The translations under genes and the position numbers were made by a program. The notes below the pieces were generated by a model, which searched no databases, was not told where the DNA came from, and saw nothing but the letters and a program-made list of their open reading frames with translations. From the IMG/VR virus record IMGVR_UViG_3300007863_000001, positions 35,693 to 99,692 of that record: a stretch of 64,000 nt of DNA; one strand, 5' to 3'. Source of the DNA: a virus. Below, piece by piece: positions 40,204 to 49,205 of this stretch (the stretch's first letter is position 1; each line of letters begins with the position of its first letter).

Positions 40204-40854
40204 ATGAAACTAATCACAGAAGAAATCGAAAAGGTAACAGTAATTACCGAAGAGGAGAATGGTAAAAAATCCCTTTTTATTGAGGGAATTTTTCTACAAG
40301 CAGATAGACCAAATAGAAACAAGAGACTCTATGAAATGAGAACTCTTGAGAAAGAAGTAAAACGTTATAACGAAAACTTCATTCAAAAAGGTCGTGCTCT
40401 AGGTGAACTGGGTCATCCTGATGGTCCAACGGTGAACCTAGATAGAGTTTCACATAAAATTACTGTACTTGAAAGAGACGGTAGTAATTTTAAAGGAAAA
40501 GCTAAAATCCTTGAAACTCCAATGGGTAAAATTGCAGCAAACCTTTTAGATGAAGGAGTTTGCCTTGGTGTTTCTTCTTGTGGTGTAGGTTCACTCCGTC
40601 CATCAAACGAAGGTTATTCTGTTGTTGGTGAAGATTTCATGTTAGCAACTGCTGCTGATATTGTTGCTGATCCTTCTGCACCTGATGCATTTGTATCTGG
40701 AATCATGGAAGGAAAGGAGTGGATTTGGGACGGAGGAATTCTCCGTGAGCAACTTGCAGAGAAAACTTATAACAGAATAAATACTTTGGTTGATCAAAAA
40801 GTATTGGATGAGCATAAGCTTGACTTATTCCAACAGTTTTTATCAAATATATAA
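40204..40854 (+). CDS. gp21: prohead protease gp21
   Basis: ALGELGHP, TPMGKI, GVSS(C)G, DIVADPSAPDA. Confidence 0.95.
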   Translation: MKLITEEIEKVTVITEEENGKKSLFIEGIFLQADRPNRNKRLYEMRTLEKEVKRYNENFIQKGRALGELGHPDGPTVNLDRVSHKITVLERDGSNFKGKAKILETPMGKIAANLLDEGVCLGVSSCGVGSLRPSNEGYSVVGEDFMLATAADIVADPSAPDAFVSGIMEGKEWIWDGGILREQLAEKTYNRINTLVDQKVLDEHKLDLFQQFLSNI

Positions 40855-40856
40855 TT

Positions 40857-40864
40857 TATAAATA
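40857..40864 (+). promoter_or_regulatory. T4-type late promoter
   Basis: TATAAATA upstream of gp22-gp23. Confidence 0.85.
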
Positions 40865-40905
40865 AATATAGATTAAAGATATACAGTCTTATCGGAGAGT
40901 AACAA

Positions 40906-42039
40906 ATGTCCAGTGGCAACGATTTACAGGAAATGGAAGTAGGCACTACGCAATCCAAGACTGCTGTTAATGCTAACGCAAAACCAGCAGAATCACCATC
41001 AAAGAGTGCAACACCAGTTGCAACTCCAGGTCAAACAGGAAACTGGGAAGACCTTGGTGGACCTACTCCAGAAAACTACAAGTCTGATGACGATTCAGCA
41101 AAACTAAAAACTCCAGGTGCTACCCTGTCCCAAGTAAAGGACGTAGTTAATGCTAAGGCAAAAGCTGCAGAAGCAATGAAGGTAGCTAAAGAAGAAGCAG
41201 AAGCAGAAGCAGAAGAAACTATCTCGGAAGAAGAAGTTTCTGAAGAATCTGAAGAAGTTTCTGAAGAATCTGAAGAGCAAGTAAGTCCTGAGTTTGAAGC
41301 ATTAGAAGAGCAGATTGAAGAGGATGTAAATGCCCTTCTATCTGGTGAAGATCTCTCCGAAGAGTTCAGAGAAAAAGCAAAAACAATTTTTGAAGCTGCC
41401 CTAAACACAAGATTGGGTCAACTTGAGGAAGCTGTTGTTTCCCATTATGAGCAACAGTATCAGGAGAAACTTGAAGAAGTGACTTCTGAACTTGTTGAAG
41501 AATTAACCGAAAGAGTTGATTCTTATCTTGAGTATGTTGCAGATGAGTGGGTCCAAGAGAACACCATCGCAGTTGAAAGAGGAATTCAAACTCAGGCAAA
41601 TGAGTCATTCCTAATGGGCCTGAAGGGCCTATTTGAAGAACATTATGTATCAATCCCTGAAGATAAATATGATGTGCTTGAGAGCATGGTAGATAAACTA
41701 GATGAAATGGAGTCAAAACTCAACGAACAGATTGAAAGGAATGTTTCTCTCAATAAGAGATTAGCAGAATCAACTTCTGATGCAATTTTTTCAGAAGTTT
41801 CCGAAGGTCTAGCTCTTTCACAAAAAGATAAGCTTGCTTCTCTTGTAGAAAGTGTTGAGTTTGGTAGTGAAAATGACTATCGTGAGAAACTAGTAACTTT
41901 GAGGGAATCATATTTTCCATCAAATGTAGTTACTCAAAGAAACACTCAAGATTATATTGCTGAAGAAGCAATTCCAGAAGCACCATCAGGTGTTATGGGT
42001 ACTTACTTACAAACTCTTGAGAGAGTTTCAAAAAAGTGA
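40906..42039 (+). CDS. gp22: prohead scaffolding protein gp22
   Basis: Acidic coiled coil, LSEEFREKAKTIFEAA, VDSYLEYVADEW; synteny. Confidence 0.93.
   Translation: MSSGNDLQEMEVGTTQSKTAVNANAKPAESPSKSATPVATPGQTGNWEDLGGPTPENYKSDDDSAKLKTPGATLSQVKDVVNAKAKAAEAMKVAKEEAEAEAEETISEEEVSEESEEVSEESEEQVSPEFEALEEQIEEDVNALLSGEDLSEEFREKAKTIFEAALNTRLGQLEEAVVSHYEQQYQEKLEEVTSELVEELTERVDSYLEYVADEWVQENTIAVERGIQTQANESFLMGLKGLFEEHYVSIPEDKYDVLESMVDKLDEMESKLNEQIERNVSLNKRLAESTSDAIFSEVSEGLALSQKDKLASLVESVEFGSENDYREKLVTLRESYFPSNVVTQRNTQDYIAEEAIPEAPSGVMGTYLQTLERVSKK
41230..41271 (+). repeat. 21-bp tandem repeat x2 in gp22 acidic linker
   Basis: gaagaagtttctgaagaatct twice. Confidence 0.9.
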
Positions 42040-42086
42040 TTTTTTAATTATCAATCAAACAAAACATTTTAACGAGGTAAATTCCA

Positions 42087-43475
42087 ATGCAAATGTTCAA
42101 TGCTGAACAACTGCAGGAGAAGTGGGCACCACTCCTAGACTATCAAGGTCTAGGTGAAATCAAGGATGCACACCGCAGATCAGTTACTGCAATCCTGCTA
42201 GAAAACCAAGAGAGATCTCTACGTGAGGAACGTGACTTCCTGTACGAGACTCCAACGATGAACACTGACCCATCAGGAACTGGTAATGCTGGTTTCTCTG
42301 GTTCAGGTGCATCACCTGTTGCTGGTTTCGACCCAGTACTTATTTCACTCATTCGTCGTTCAATGCCTAACTTGGTCGCATATGACCTAGCAGGCGTTCA
42401 ACCAATGAATGCACCTACTGGACTCATCTTTGCGATGCGTTCCAAGTATACCAATCAAACTGGTTCAGAAGCACTCTTCAACGAAGCAGATACCGCATTC
42501 TCTGGACAACCTTCCAACAACAGTGCAGCTGTTGGTGCTGGTGGTACAGTTGGTTTCGGTACTATCTCACAAGGTGGTTCAAACCCAGGTCTTCTAAACC
42601 CAGAAGCAACTGCTGATCAGTTCGACTATAACGTCGGTCAGGGCATGGGCACTTCCGATGCAGAAGGTCTAGGAACTGGTGGTGCTGAGTTCAACGAGAT
42701 GGCATTCTCGATTGAGAAAGTCACCGTAACAGCAAAGTCAAGAGCACTCAAGGCAGAGTACTCCTTAGAACTTGCACAAGACCTTAAGGCAATCCATGGT
42801 CTGAATGCTGAAGCGGAATTGGCAAACATTCTCTCTACAGAGATTCTTGCTGAAATCAACCGTGAAGTCATCAGAACAATCTACAAGATTGCTGAACAAG
42901 GAGCAACCCTTAATACTGCAACTTCAGGTATCTTTGACCTTGACGTTGACAGCAATGGTCGTTGGTCTGTTGAGAAGTTCAAAGGACTTATCTTCCAAAT
43001 CGAGAGAGATGCAAACCAGATTGCACAAAGAACTCGTAGAGGAAAGGGCAATATGATCCTCTGCTCCGCAGACGTTGCATCAGCTCTAACCCACGCAGGT
43101 CTTCTCGACTACACCCCTGCACTTAATGCAAACCTCAACGTAGACGACGCAGGTAATACCTTCGCAGGTATCCTTAACGGTCGTTACAGAGTTTACATTG
43201 ACCCATATGCAGCAAACAACAGTGCTAGCCAGTACTACGTTGTTGGTTATAAGGGTTCTTCACCTTACGACGCAGGTCTATTCTACTGCCCATATGTACC
43301 CCTCCAGATGGTACGTGCAGTTGGAGAGAACACCTTCCAGCCTAAGATTGGATTCAAGACTCGTTACGGCATTGTTGCTAACCCATTTGCGGAAGGCACA
43401 GATGCAGGTGCGGGTCGTCTCCAGCCTAACTCCAACCGTTACTACAGAAGAGTACGTGTTGACAACCTTATGTGA
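42087..43475 (+). CDS. gp23: major capsid protein gp23
   Basis: GVQPM..PTGLIFAMR, KSRALKAEYSLELAQDLKAIHG, YCPYVPL, FKTRYG. Confidence 0.98.
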   Translation: MQMFNAEQLQEKWAPLLDYQGLGEIKDAHRRSVTAILLENQERSLREERDFLYETPTMNTDPSGTGNAGFSGSGASPVAGFDPVLISLIRRSMPNLVAYDLAGVQPMNAPTGLIFAMRSKYTNQTGSEALFNEADTAFSGQPSNNSAAVGAGGTVGFGTISQGGSNPGLLNPEATADQFDYNVGQGMGTSDAEGLGTGGAEFNEMAFSIEKVTVTAKSRALKAEYSLELAQDLKAIHGLNAEAELANILSTEILAEINREVIRTIYKIAEQGATLNTATSGIFDLDVDSNGRWSVEKFKGLIFQIERDANQIAQRTRRGKGNMILCSADVASALTHAGLLDYTPALNANLNVDDAGNTFAGILNGRYRVYIDPYAANNSASQYYVVGYKGSSPYDAGLFYCPYVPLQMVRAVGENTFQPKIGFKTRYGIVANPFAEGTDAGAGRLQPNSNRYYRRVRVDNLM

Positions 43476-43496
43476 TTCATCATTCACATATTTCTC

Positions 43497-43522
43497 AGAG
43501 ACCCTTCGGGGTCTCTTTTTTT
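43497..43522 (+). terminator. intrinsic terminator after gp23
   Basis: agagaccc-ttcg-gggtctct plus T run. Confidence 0.95.
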
Positions 43523-43674
43523 ATGTGTAAGTATAAGTTCGTAGGCATAAATTTTTATTGCTAGAATGTATTGATTTACACACAAACTGCATAAATAGTG
43601 GTAGCATTATGCGAGGTGGGCAAATGAATCCTACTCTTCCCTAAATTATGATTTAAGTTATACGGAGGTTAGCC

Positions 43675-43848
43675 ATGCACAACTTATTATCGAGAGCACA
43701 ATTTAATGAATGGAGACACTTAGAACAAACAATTGATGAATTTGAATCTGAACACGACAAAATTAATGATTACTACGAATGTATAATTGAATGTGACTCA
43801 CTTAACCAAAATGAATGCAAAAGAACATGTAGGAGATTGTTAGACTAA
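43675..43848 (+). CDS. 57-aa twin CX3C protein (not in ORF track)
   Basis: GGAGG RBS; MHNLLSRAQFNEWRHLEQTIDEFESEHDKINDYYECIIECDSLNQNECKRTCRRLLD. Confidence 0.8.
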   Translation: MHNLLSRAQFNEWRHLEQTIDEFESEHDKINDYYECIIECDSLNQNECKRTCRRLLD

Positions 43849-43860
43849 TAACCAGAACCC

Positions 43861-43882
43861 AACCCCTTTCGGGGTTTTTTTT
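43861..43882 (+). terminator. intrinsic terminator
   Basis: aacccc-tttc-ggggtt plus T run. Confidence 0.85.
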
Positions 43883-43919
43883 ATGCTCATAAATATTTGA
43901 GTATAGATCTTTCGTTGTA

Positions 43920-44465
43920 ATGACATACTCAAACCCTCAATCAAGGCAAATATCAAATAGAAATTATTTAACTGCTACGGGGTTTAAATTTGTACTATCG
44001 AAATACCCAAAGATTGATTTTTTTTCAAATTCTGCTCAAATACCTTCGGTCAATTTGGGTGTTGCTGTTCAATCATCATATTTAAAAGATATTCCAATTC
44101 CTGGAGATAAACTAACATATGATGAGTTAACTTTGGAATTTCTTATTGATGAAGAAATGGAAAATTACTTGACCATCCATAACTGGATAAGAGGTTTGGG
44201 ATATCCAGAGTCAGTAAAAGAGTATGCAGATTTAATATTCAATGATCCAATTACTCCTGGAATTTTTAATGCTTATTCAGGACAGGCAAATGCTTCTTTA
44301 CTAGTTTATAATAGTAATTTCAATTCTATTGCTGAGATAAAATTTCAAGGATTATTTCCAGTATCTCTTTCTGCTGTTAGTTTTGATTCTAGAGATGCTC
44401 AATCAAATTACTTAAGCGCAACAGCTACTTTTAAGTATTCAATTTATGACATATTAAAACCTTAA
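43920..44465 (+). CDS. gp3: tail completion protein gp3
   Basis: NRNYL..GFKF, PGDKL.Y, DEEMENY..IHNW, FPVSLS; synteny. Confidence 0.88.
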   Translation: MTYSNPQSRQISNRNYLTATGFKFVLSKYPKIDFFSNSAQIPSVNLGVAVQSSYLKDIPIPGDKLTYDELTLEFLIDEEMENYLTIHNWIRGLGYPESVKEYADLIFNDPITPGIFNAYSGQANASLLVYNSNFNSIAEIKFQGLFPVSLSAVSFDSRDAQSNYLSATATFKYSIYDILKP

Positions 44466-44468
44466 ACT

Positions 44469-44897
44469 ATGAACATTGATGAAATTCAAACATTATGGGA
44501 ACAAGATTCAAAAATAGACCCAGATAATTTACATAATGAGTCTATAAGAATACCTTCACTGCATTCAAAGTATTATAAAATTTACAATAATATTCTCCTC
44601 CTAAAAAAAATGGAAGAAAGTAAATATAAAGTACTTAAAAAAGAAAAATGGTTATACTACTCAGGAAAAGCAGAACCAGATATATACATACAAAAACCTT
44701 TTGATCATAAAGTTTTAAAAAATGATTTAGATAAGTATCTAGATGCTGATAGTGAATTAATCAAGTCACTGTCTAAATTAGATTATTATCAGGCTATGCT
44801 ATCTTACCTAGATAGTATATTGAAAACAATATTAAATAGAACTTTTCAGATAAAAAATGCAATTGAATTTATGAGATTTACTGCTGGATATGACTGA
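44469..44897 (+). CDS. uvsY: recombination mediator UvsY
   Basis: IPSLHSKY, YYSGKA, RTFQIKNAIEF. Confidence 0.92.
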   Translation: MNIDEIQTLWEQDSKIDPDNLHNESIRIPSLHSKYYKIYNNILLLKKMEESKYKVLKKEKWLYYSGKAEPDIYIQKPFDHKVLKNDLDKYLDADSELIKSLSKLDYYQAMLSYLDSILKTILNRTFQIKNAIEFMRFTAGYD

Positions 44898-46353
44898 CTT
44901 AACGATTAAAAAGAAAAACGAAATTTATATAACTATAGAAACAGAACCACATATAAAACAAGAGTTGTGTGACTATTTTACTTTTGAAGTTCCTGGTGCA
45001 AAATTTATGCCCCAGTATAGAAGTAAATATTGGGATGGTAAGATTAGATTATTTTCCCCACATACTGGTGAAATATATGTTGGTCTATTGGATAAAATTA
45101 TTTCTTGGGCAAAGAAGTCCGATTATTCAGTCGAGTTTCTAGATAATAAGTTTTATGGTACACCATTTGAAGTTAATGAAGGTATATCCTTAGATGGTGT
45201 AAAGGGTTACCTTTCTAAGATAACTTCATTAAAACCAAGAGATTATCAGATAGAAGCAGTTTACGATGCGTTAAGATACAATAGGAAACTTATTGTATCA
45301 CCAACAGGGTCTGGTAAATCTTTGATGATTTATGCTGTTGTTAGATACTTTGCAGAAACTGGTAAAAAGATACTGCTTGTAGTTCCAACTACTTCATTGG
45401 TTGAACAGATGTTCAAAGACTTTGAAGATTATGGGTGGGATGCAGAAAAATATTGCCATAAAATTTATTCAGGTAGAGAAAAAACAACTAACTCAAGTGT
45501 TGTAATTACTACATGGCAATCAATCTATAAAATGAAACGTCCTTACTTTGAACCATTTAATGTTGTAATTGGTGATGAAGCTCATTTATTTAAGTCAAAG
45601 TCATTAATCAGCATTATGACAAAGACCGATAATGCAAAATATAGGTTTGGTTTTACTGGAACTTTAGATGGTTCGCAGACACATAAGTGGATTCTAGAAG
45701 GATTATTTGGACCATCGTATAAAGTAACTCAAACTAAAGAGTTGATTGAAAAGGGACATTTGTCTAAGTTACAAATTAAAGTTCTTCTTTTAAAGCATGA
45801 TGAACATAAGTTCAATGAATACGAAGAAGAAATACAATATATTATTGGTAATGAACGTAGAAATAAGTTCATAAAAAATCTTGCATTAGATTTAAAAGGA
45901 AATTCACTCATACTTTTTAGTAGAGTAGAAAATCATGGAGTACCAATTTATAACTTAATAAATAATTCTGTAACCAAAGGTAGAAAAGTATTTTTTGTTT
46001 TTGGTGGAGTAGATGCAGAAGAAAGAGAAAGAGTAAGAGAGATTACTGAAAAAGAAAATAATGCAATTATTGTTGCATCATATGGAACGTTCAGCACAGG
46101 TGTTAACATTAGGAATCTACATAATGTTATATTTGCATCACCATCTAAATCAAGAGTAAGGAACCTACAGAGTATTGGTAGGGTATTACGCAAAGGTAAT
46201 AATAAAACTCAAGCAGTACTTTATGATATTGCAGATGATATCACGTATAAATCTAAAAAAAATTATACACTAAATCATTTAATAGAAAGAATTAAGATTT
46301 ACAATCAAGAAGATTTTAATTATGAAGTACTACAAATTAATTTCAAGGAGTAG
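44890..46353 (+). CDS. uvsW: SF2 helicase UvsW
   Basis: SPTGSGKS, GDEAH, QSIGRVLR. Confidence 0.96.
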   Translation: MTDLTIKKKNEIYITIETEPHIKQELCDYFTFEVPGAKFMPQYRSKYWDGKIRLFSPHTGEIYVGLLDKIISWAKKSDYSVEFLDNKFYGTPFEVNEGISLDGVKGYLSKITSLKPRDYQIEAVYDALRYNRKLIVSPTGSGKSLMIYAVVRYFAETGKKILLVVPTTSLVEQMFKDFEDYGWDAEKYCHKIYSGREKTTNSSVVITTWQSIYKMKRPYFEPFNVVIGDEAHLFKSKSLISIMTKTDNAKYRFGFTGTLDGSQTHKWILEGLFGPSYKVTQTKELIEKGHLSKLQIKVLLLKHDEHKFNEYEEEIQYIIGNERRNKFIKNLALDLKGNSLILFSRVENHGVPIYNLINNSVTKGRKVFFVFGGVDAEERERVREITEKENNAIIVASYGTFSTGVNIRNLHNVIFASPSKSRVRNLQSIGRVLRKGNNKTQAVLYDIADDITYKSKKNYTLNHLIERIKIYNQEDFNYEVLQINFKE

Positions 46354-46356
46354 CAC

Positions 46357-46767
46357 ATGGGAGAAGAGTTCTTCGCAGTCATTAAACTAATATCAGGAGA
46401 AGAGATATTTTCTAAAGTATGTCCTTGTGAAGAGGACGATAGAACATTACTTATACTAGAAAATCCAGTAACTGTTGAGACTGTTAGTATGAAGCAGTTT
46501 AATATGAGTGGATTAAAAATTAACCCATGGATAAAATTTACTGATGATTCAATGTTTGTATTAAATATGGATAGAGTCCTAACTTTATCTGAAGTAAGTG
46601 ATGAAACTATGTTAGAAGTATATGCACGTTATCTAAAGAAAAAAAATAAAGAGACATCAGAGAACAGACTATCCTCAAATATGGGGTACTTATCTACAGT
46701 AGCAGATGCTAGAATATCTTTTGAGAAACTTTATAAATCAAATCCAAGTAATAACTCTAGTAATTAA
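46357..46767 (+). CDS. conserved hypothetical (Sm-like fold) protein
   Basis: IKLISGEEI..NP...PW motif; position between uvsW and gp55. Confidence 0.7.
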   Translation: MGEEFFAVIKLISGEEIFSKVCPCEEDDRTLLILENPVTVETVSMKQFNMSGLKINPWIKFTDDSMFVLNMDRVLTLSEVSDETMLEVYARYLKKKNKETSENRLSSNMGYLSTVADARISFEKLYKSNPSNNSSN

Positions 46768-46822
46768 TATACTATATAACTTTCAAACTCCACAGAGTTA
46801 TTGTACACATTAGTGCCTAACA

Positions 46823-46852
46823 TTGTCAACTTTTGGGATTTAGTGTTATAAT
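46823..46852 (+). promoter_or_regulatory. sigma70-type early promoter for gp55 operon
   Basis: TTGTCA-18nt-TATAAT with extended -10 TG. Confidence 0.65.
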
Positions 46853-46885
46853 ATAAACAAAGGAAACATTAATTAAAAATCTCAA

Positions 46886-47356
46886 ATGAGAAAAGAAAGA
46901 AAAAATCCCCACTATGTTAACAATAAAGAATTTCATGCTGCTCTGGTTGTTTACAAAGAAAATGTAGAAATAGCAAAAATTAAAGGTTTATCACCACCAA
47001 AGATTACAAACTATCTTGGTGATTGTTTTTTGAAGATTGCCACTCATTTGTCATATCGTCCAAACTTTGTCAACTACATGTTTAGAGAAGACATGATAAG
47101 TGATGGAGTTGAAAACTGTGTTCATTATATTAATAATTTTAATACAGATAGGACAAACCCTTTTGCTTATTTTACTCAGATAGTTTACTATGCTTTCCTC
47201 CGTAGGATTCAAAAAGAAAAGAAACAGATGGAGATAAAGGAGAAAATTATCGAAAGAAGTGGATATGATGAAGTCTTTAGTGTGGATGGTGACCATCATA
47301 ATTCTTCCGACTATAATACTATTAAAGATAATATTCAGATGAAATTGTATCAATGA
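46886..47356 (+). CDS. gp55: late sigma factor gp55
   Basis: HYVNNKEF, LSYRPNFVNY, NPFAYFTQI..AFLRRI. Confidence 0.95.
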   Translation: MRKERKNPHYVNNKEFHAALVVYKENVEIAKIKGLSPPKITNYLGDCFLKIATHLSYRPNFVNYMFREDMISDGVENCVHYINNFNTDRTNPFAYFTQIVYYAFLRRIQKEKKQMEIKEKIIERSGYDEVFSVDGDHHNSSDYNTIKDNIQMKLYQ

Positions 47357-47841
47357 TGGATGACATTAAAATATATGATAATTTTTTGAAAGATGAAGAA
47401 TTATCATATATTATAAAATTTCTTAATGGTGCAAAATGGGGTATGCAGAGAAGTGATCCAAGAAATAAGGGTCATGGGTCTTTTCTTAAACTAAAGGTTA
47501 CAGAAGAAGAGTATTTTAATTCATATATTCTTAATAGAGTTTATGATATTATTGGAAGTAAGCATGATTTAGCAACTGCTTACTTTAATGGACAGTGGTT
47601 TGGACAAGATGGAAACTTTCATAAAGATGGAGTTCCAATATCTTGTTTAATTTACATAAATCAATATGACTCTGACTGGGGTGGATTTACTCAGTTTAAA
47701 AAATCTGAAAAAGAACAGTTTATTGTCCCTCCAATACAAAGAAGATTAGTAGTTTTTCCTGGAGACATTACACATAAAGCATATGCGTACTCTAGGCAAA
47801 CATGTCCAATGCGAATTAGTTTAGCTTACAAATTATTATGA
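47353..47841 (+). CDS. 2OG-Fe(II) oxygenase (prolyl-hydroxylase-like)
   Basis: FHKD..WGGFT..FPGDITH..RISLAY. Confidence 0.85.
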   Translation: MMDDIKIYDNFLKDEELSYIIKFLNGAKWGMQRSDPRNKGHGSFLKLKVTEEEYFNSYILNRVYDIIGSKHDLATAYFNGQWFGQDGNFHKDGVPISCLIYINQYDSDWGGFTQFKKSEKEQFIVPPIQRRLVVFPGDITHKAYAYSRQTCPMRISLAYKLL

Positions 47842-48881
47842 AAATTGCGATAATCACTGACACTCATTACAACTTTAAGAAAGCAAATAAAAACTTTCAC
47901 GATTACTTTGCTAAGTTTTATGATAATATTTTCTTTCCATACTTAGAAGAGAACGATATAAAAGTTGCTTTTCATCTTGGTGATGCTTTTGATAATCGTA
48001 AAGGTATTGATTATTGGGCATTAAAATGGGCAAAGGAAAATGTATATAATAAATTTAATGACTTAGGTATAACTGTATATAATATAGTTGGGAATCATGA
48101 TACTTACTATAAGAACACTAATAAGGTAAATGCTATTGATACTTTATTAGAAGAGTATAATAATGTAATAAAAGTATCAACACCAAAGGAGTTCAATGTT
48201 GGTGGTTGTGATTTTCTTATGATGCCATGGATTTGTGCCGATAATCAGGAAGAAGTATTTTCCGTAATTGAAAGTACAAAGGCAAAGGTTGCACTTGGAC
48301 ATTTGGAGTTAAATGATTTTCCTGTTTTCCCTGGTCAGATGCAACCCAATGGGATGGATAAAAAAATATTTCAAAAGTTTGATAAAGTATTTACTGGGCA
48401 CTATCATACTAGAAGTAATGATGGTAGAATATTCTATGTTGGTAATCCATACCAAATGTTTTGGAATGATATAAATGATAAACGTGGATTTAGTATATTC
48501 GATACTGATACTTATGAGTTAGAGCATATTGAAAATCCTTATAATATTTTTGAAAAAATATATTATGAAGATAATAATTCTAATGATATTGATCTTGCAG
48601 AGTATGAAGATAAAATAGTAAAGGTAATTGTAACTAAAAAAACCAATCAAAAAAAGTTTGATAAATTTTTAGATAAACTTTCTAAAGCAAAGTATATTGA
48701 TTTGAAAGTTACTGAAACTATTGATGTTGATGATTCAAATTTCCAAGAATGTGAAGTGGATGTTGAGAATACAATAGTAGTTTTAGAGAAGTATATAGAG
48801 GAATCTGAGTTTGATTTAGATAAAAATATAGCAAAGAAAATTATAAAAGATGTTTATATGGAGGCACTATCTATTGAATAA
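47838..48881 (+). CDS. gp47: recombination endonuclease subunit gp47 (SbcD/Mre11-like)
   Basis: TDTH, GDAFD, GNHD, GHYH metallophosphoesterase motifs. Confidence 0.95.
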   Translation: MKIAIITDTHYNFKKANKNFHDYFAKFYDNIFFPYLEENDIKVAFHLGDAFDNRKGIDYWALKWAKENVYNKFNDLGITVYNIVGNHDTYYKNTNKVNAIDTLLEEYNNVIKVSTPKEFNVGGCDFLMMPWICADNQEEVFSVIESTKAKVALGHLELNDFPVFPGQMQPNGMDKKIFQKFDKVFTGHYHTRSNDGRIFYVGNPYQMFWNDINDKRGFSIFDTDTYELEHIENPYNIFEKIYYEDNNSNDIDLAEYEDKIVKVIVTKKTNQKKFDKFLDKLSKAKYIDLKVTETIDVDDSNFQECEVDVENTIVVLEKYIEESEFDLDKNIAKKIIKDVYMEALSIE

Positions 48882-48914
48882 TAAATAAAAGAAGGTTTTA
48901 AACATATCAAATAC

Positions 48915-49205
48915 ATGTTTATACTAACAATAAACGGGCAAGAAGGGGAAGGGGCATATGCTGTTCTAAATGATTCTGGTGATCAGACTGTTTATTTCTT
49001 TGAAGATGGGGATGATGCAGAAAGATATGCTGGATTACTGGAAGCAGAGGATTACCCTCCCATGTCAGTCACCGAAGTGGACGGTGAGATGGCAGTAAAG
49101 ACTTGCGAAATGCATGATTACAATTATGCTATAATAACCATTAATGACTTTGTGATTCCTCCAAGAGACTTAGATGATAACATTCAAGAAGATACGGTTT
49201 TGTAA
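48915..49205 (+). CDS. conserved hypothetical protein
   Basis: EGAYAV..FEDGDDAERYA; usual position between gp47 and gp46. Confidence 0.75.
   Translation: MFILTINGQEGEGAYAVLNDSGDQTVYFFEDGDDAERYAGLLEAEDYPPMSVTEVDGEMAVKTCEMHDYNYAIITINDFVIPPRDLDDNIQEDTVL

Noticed and set aside
43675-43848. CP12 assignment for the Cys-rich small protein
   Set aside because: Lacks the AWDxVEEL core and CP12 cysteine spacing
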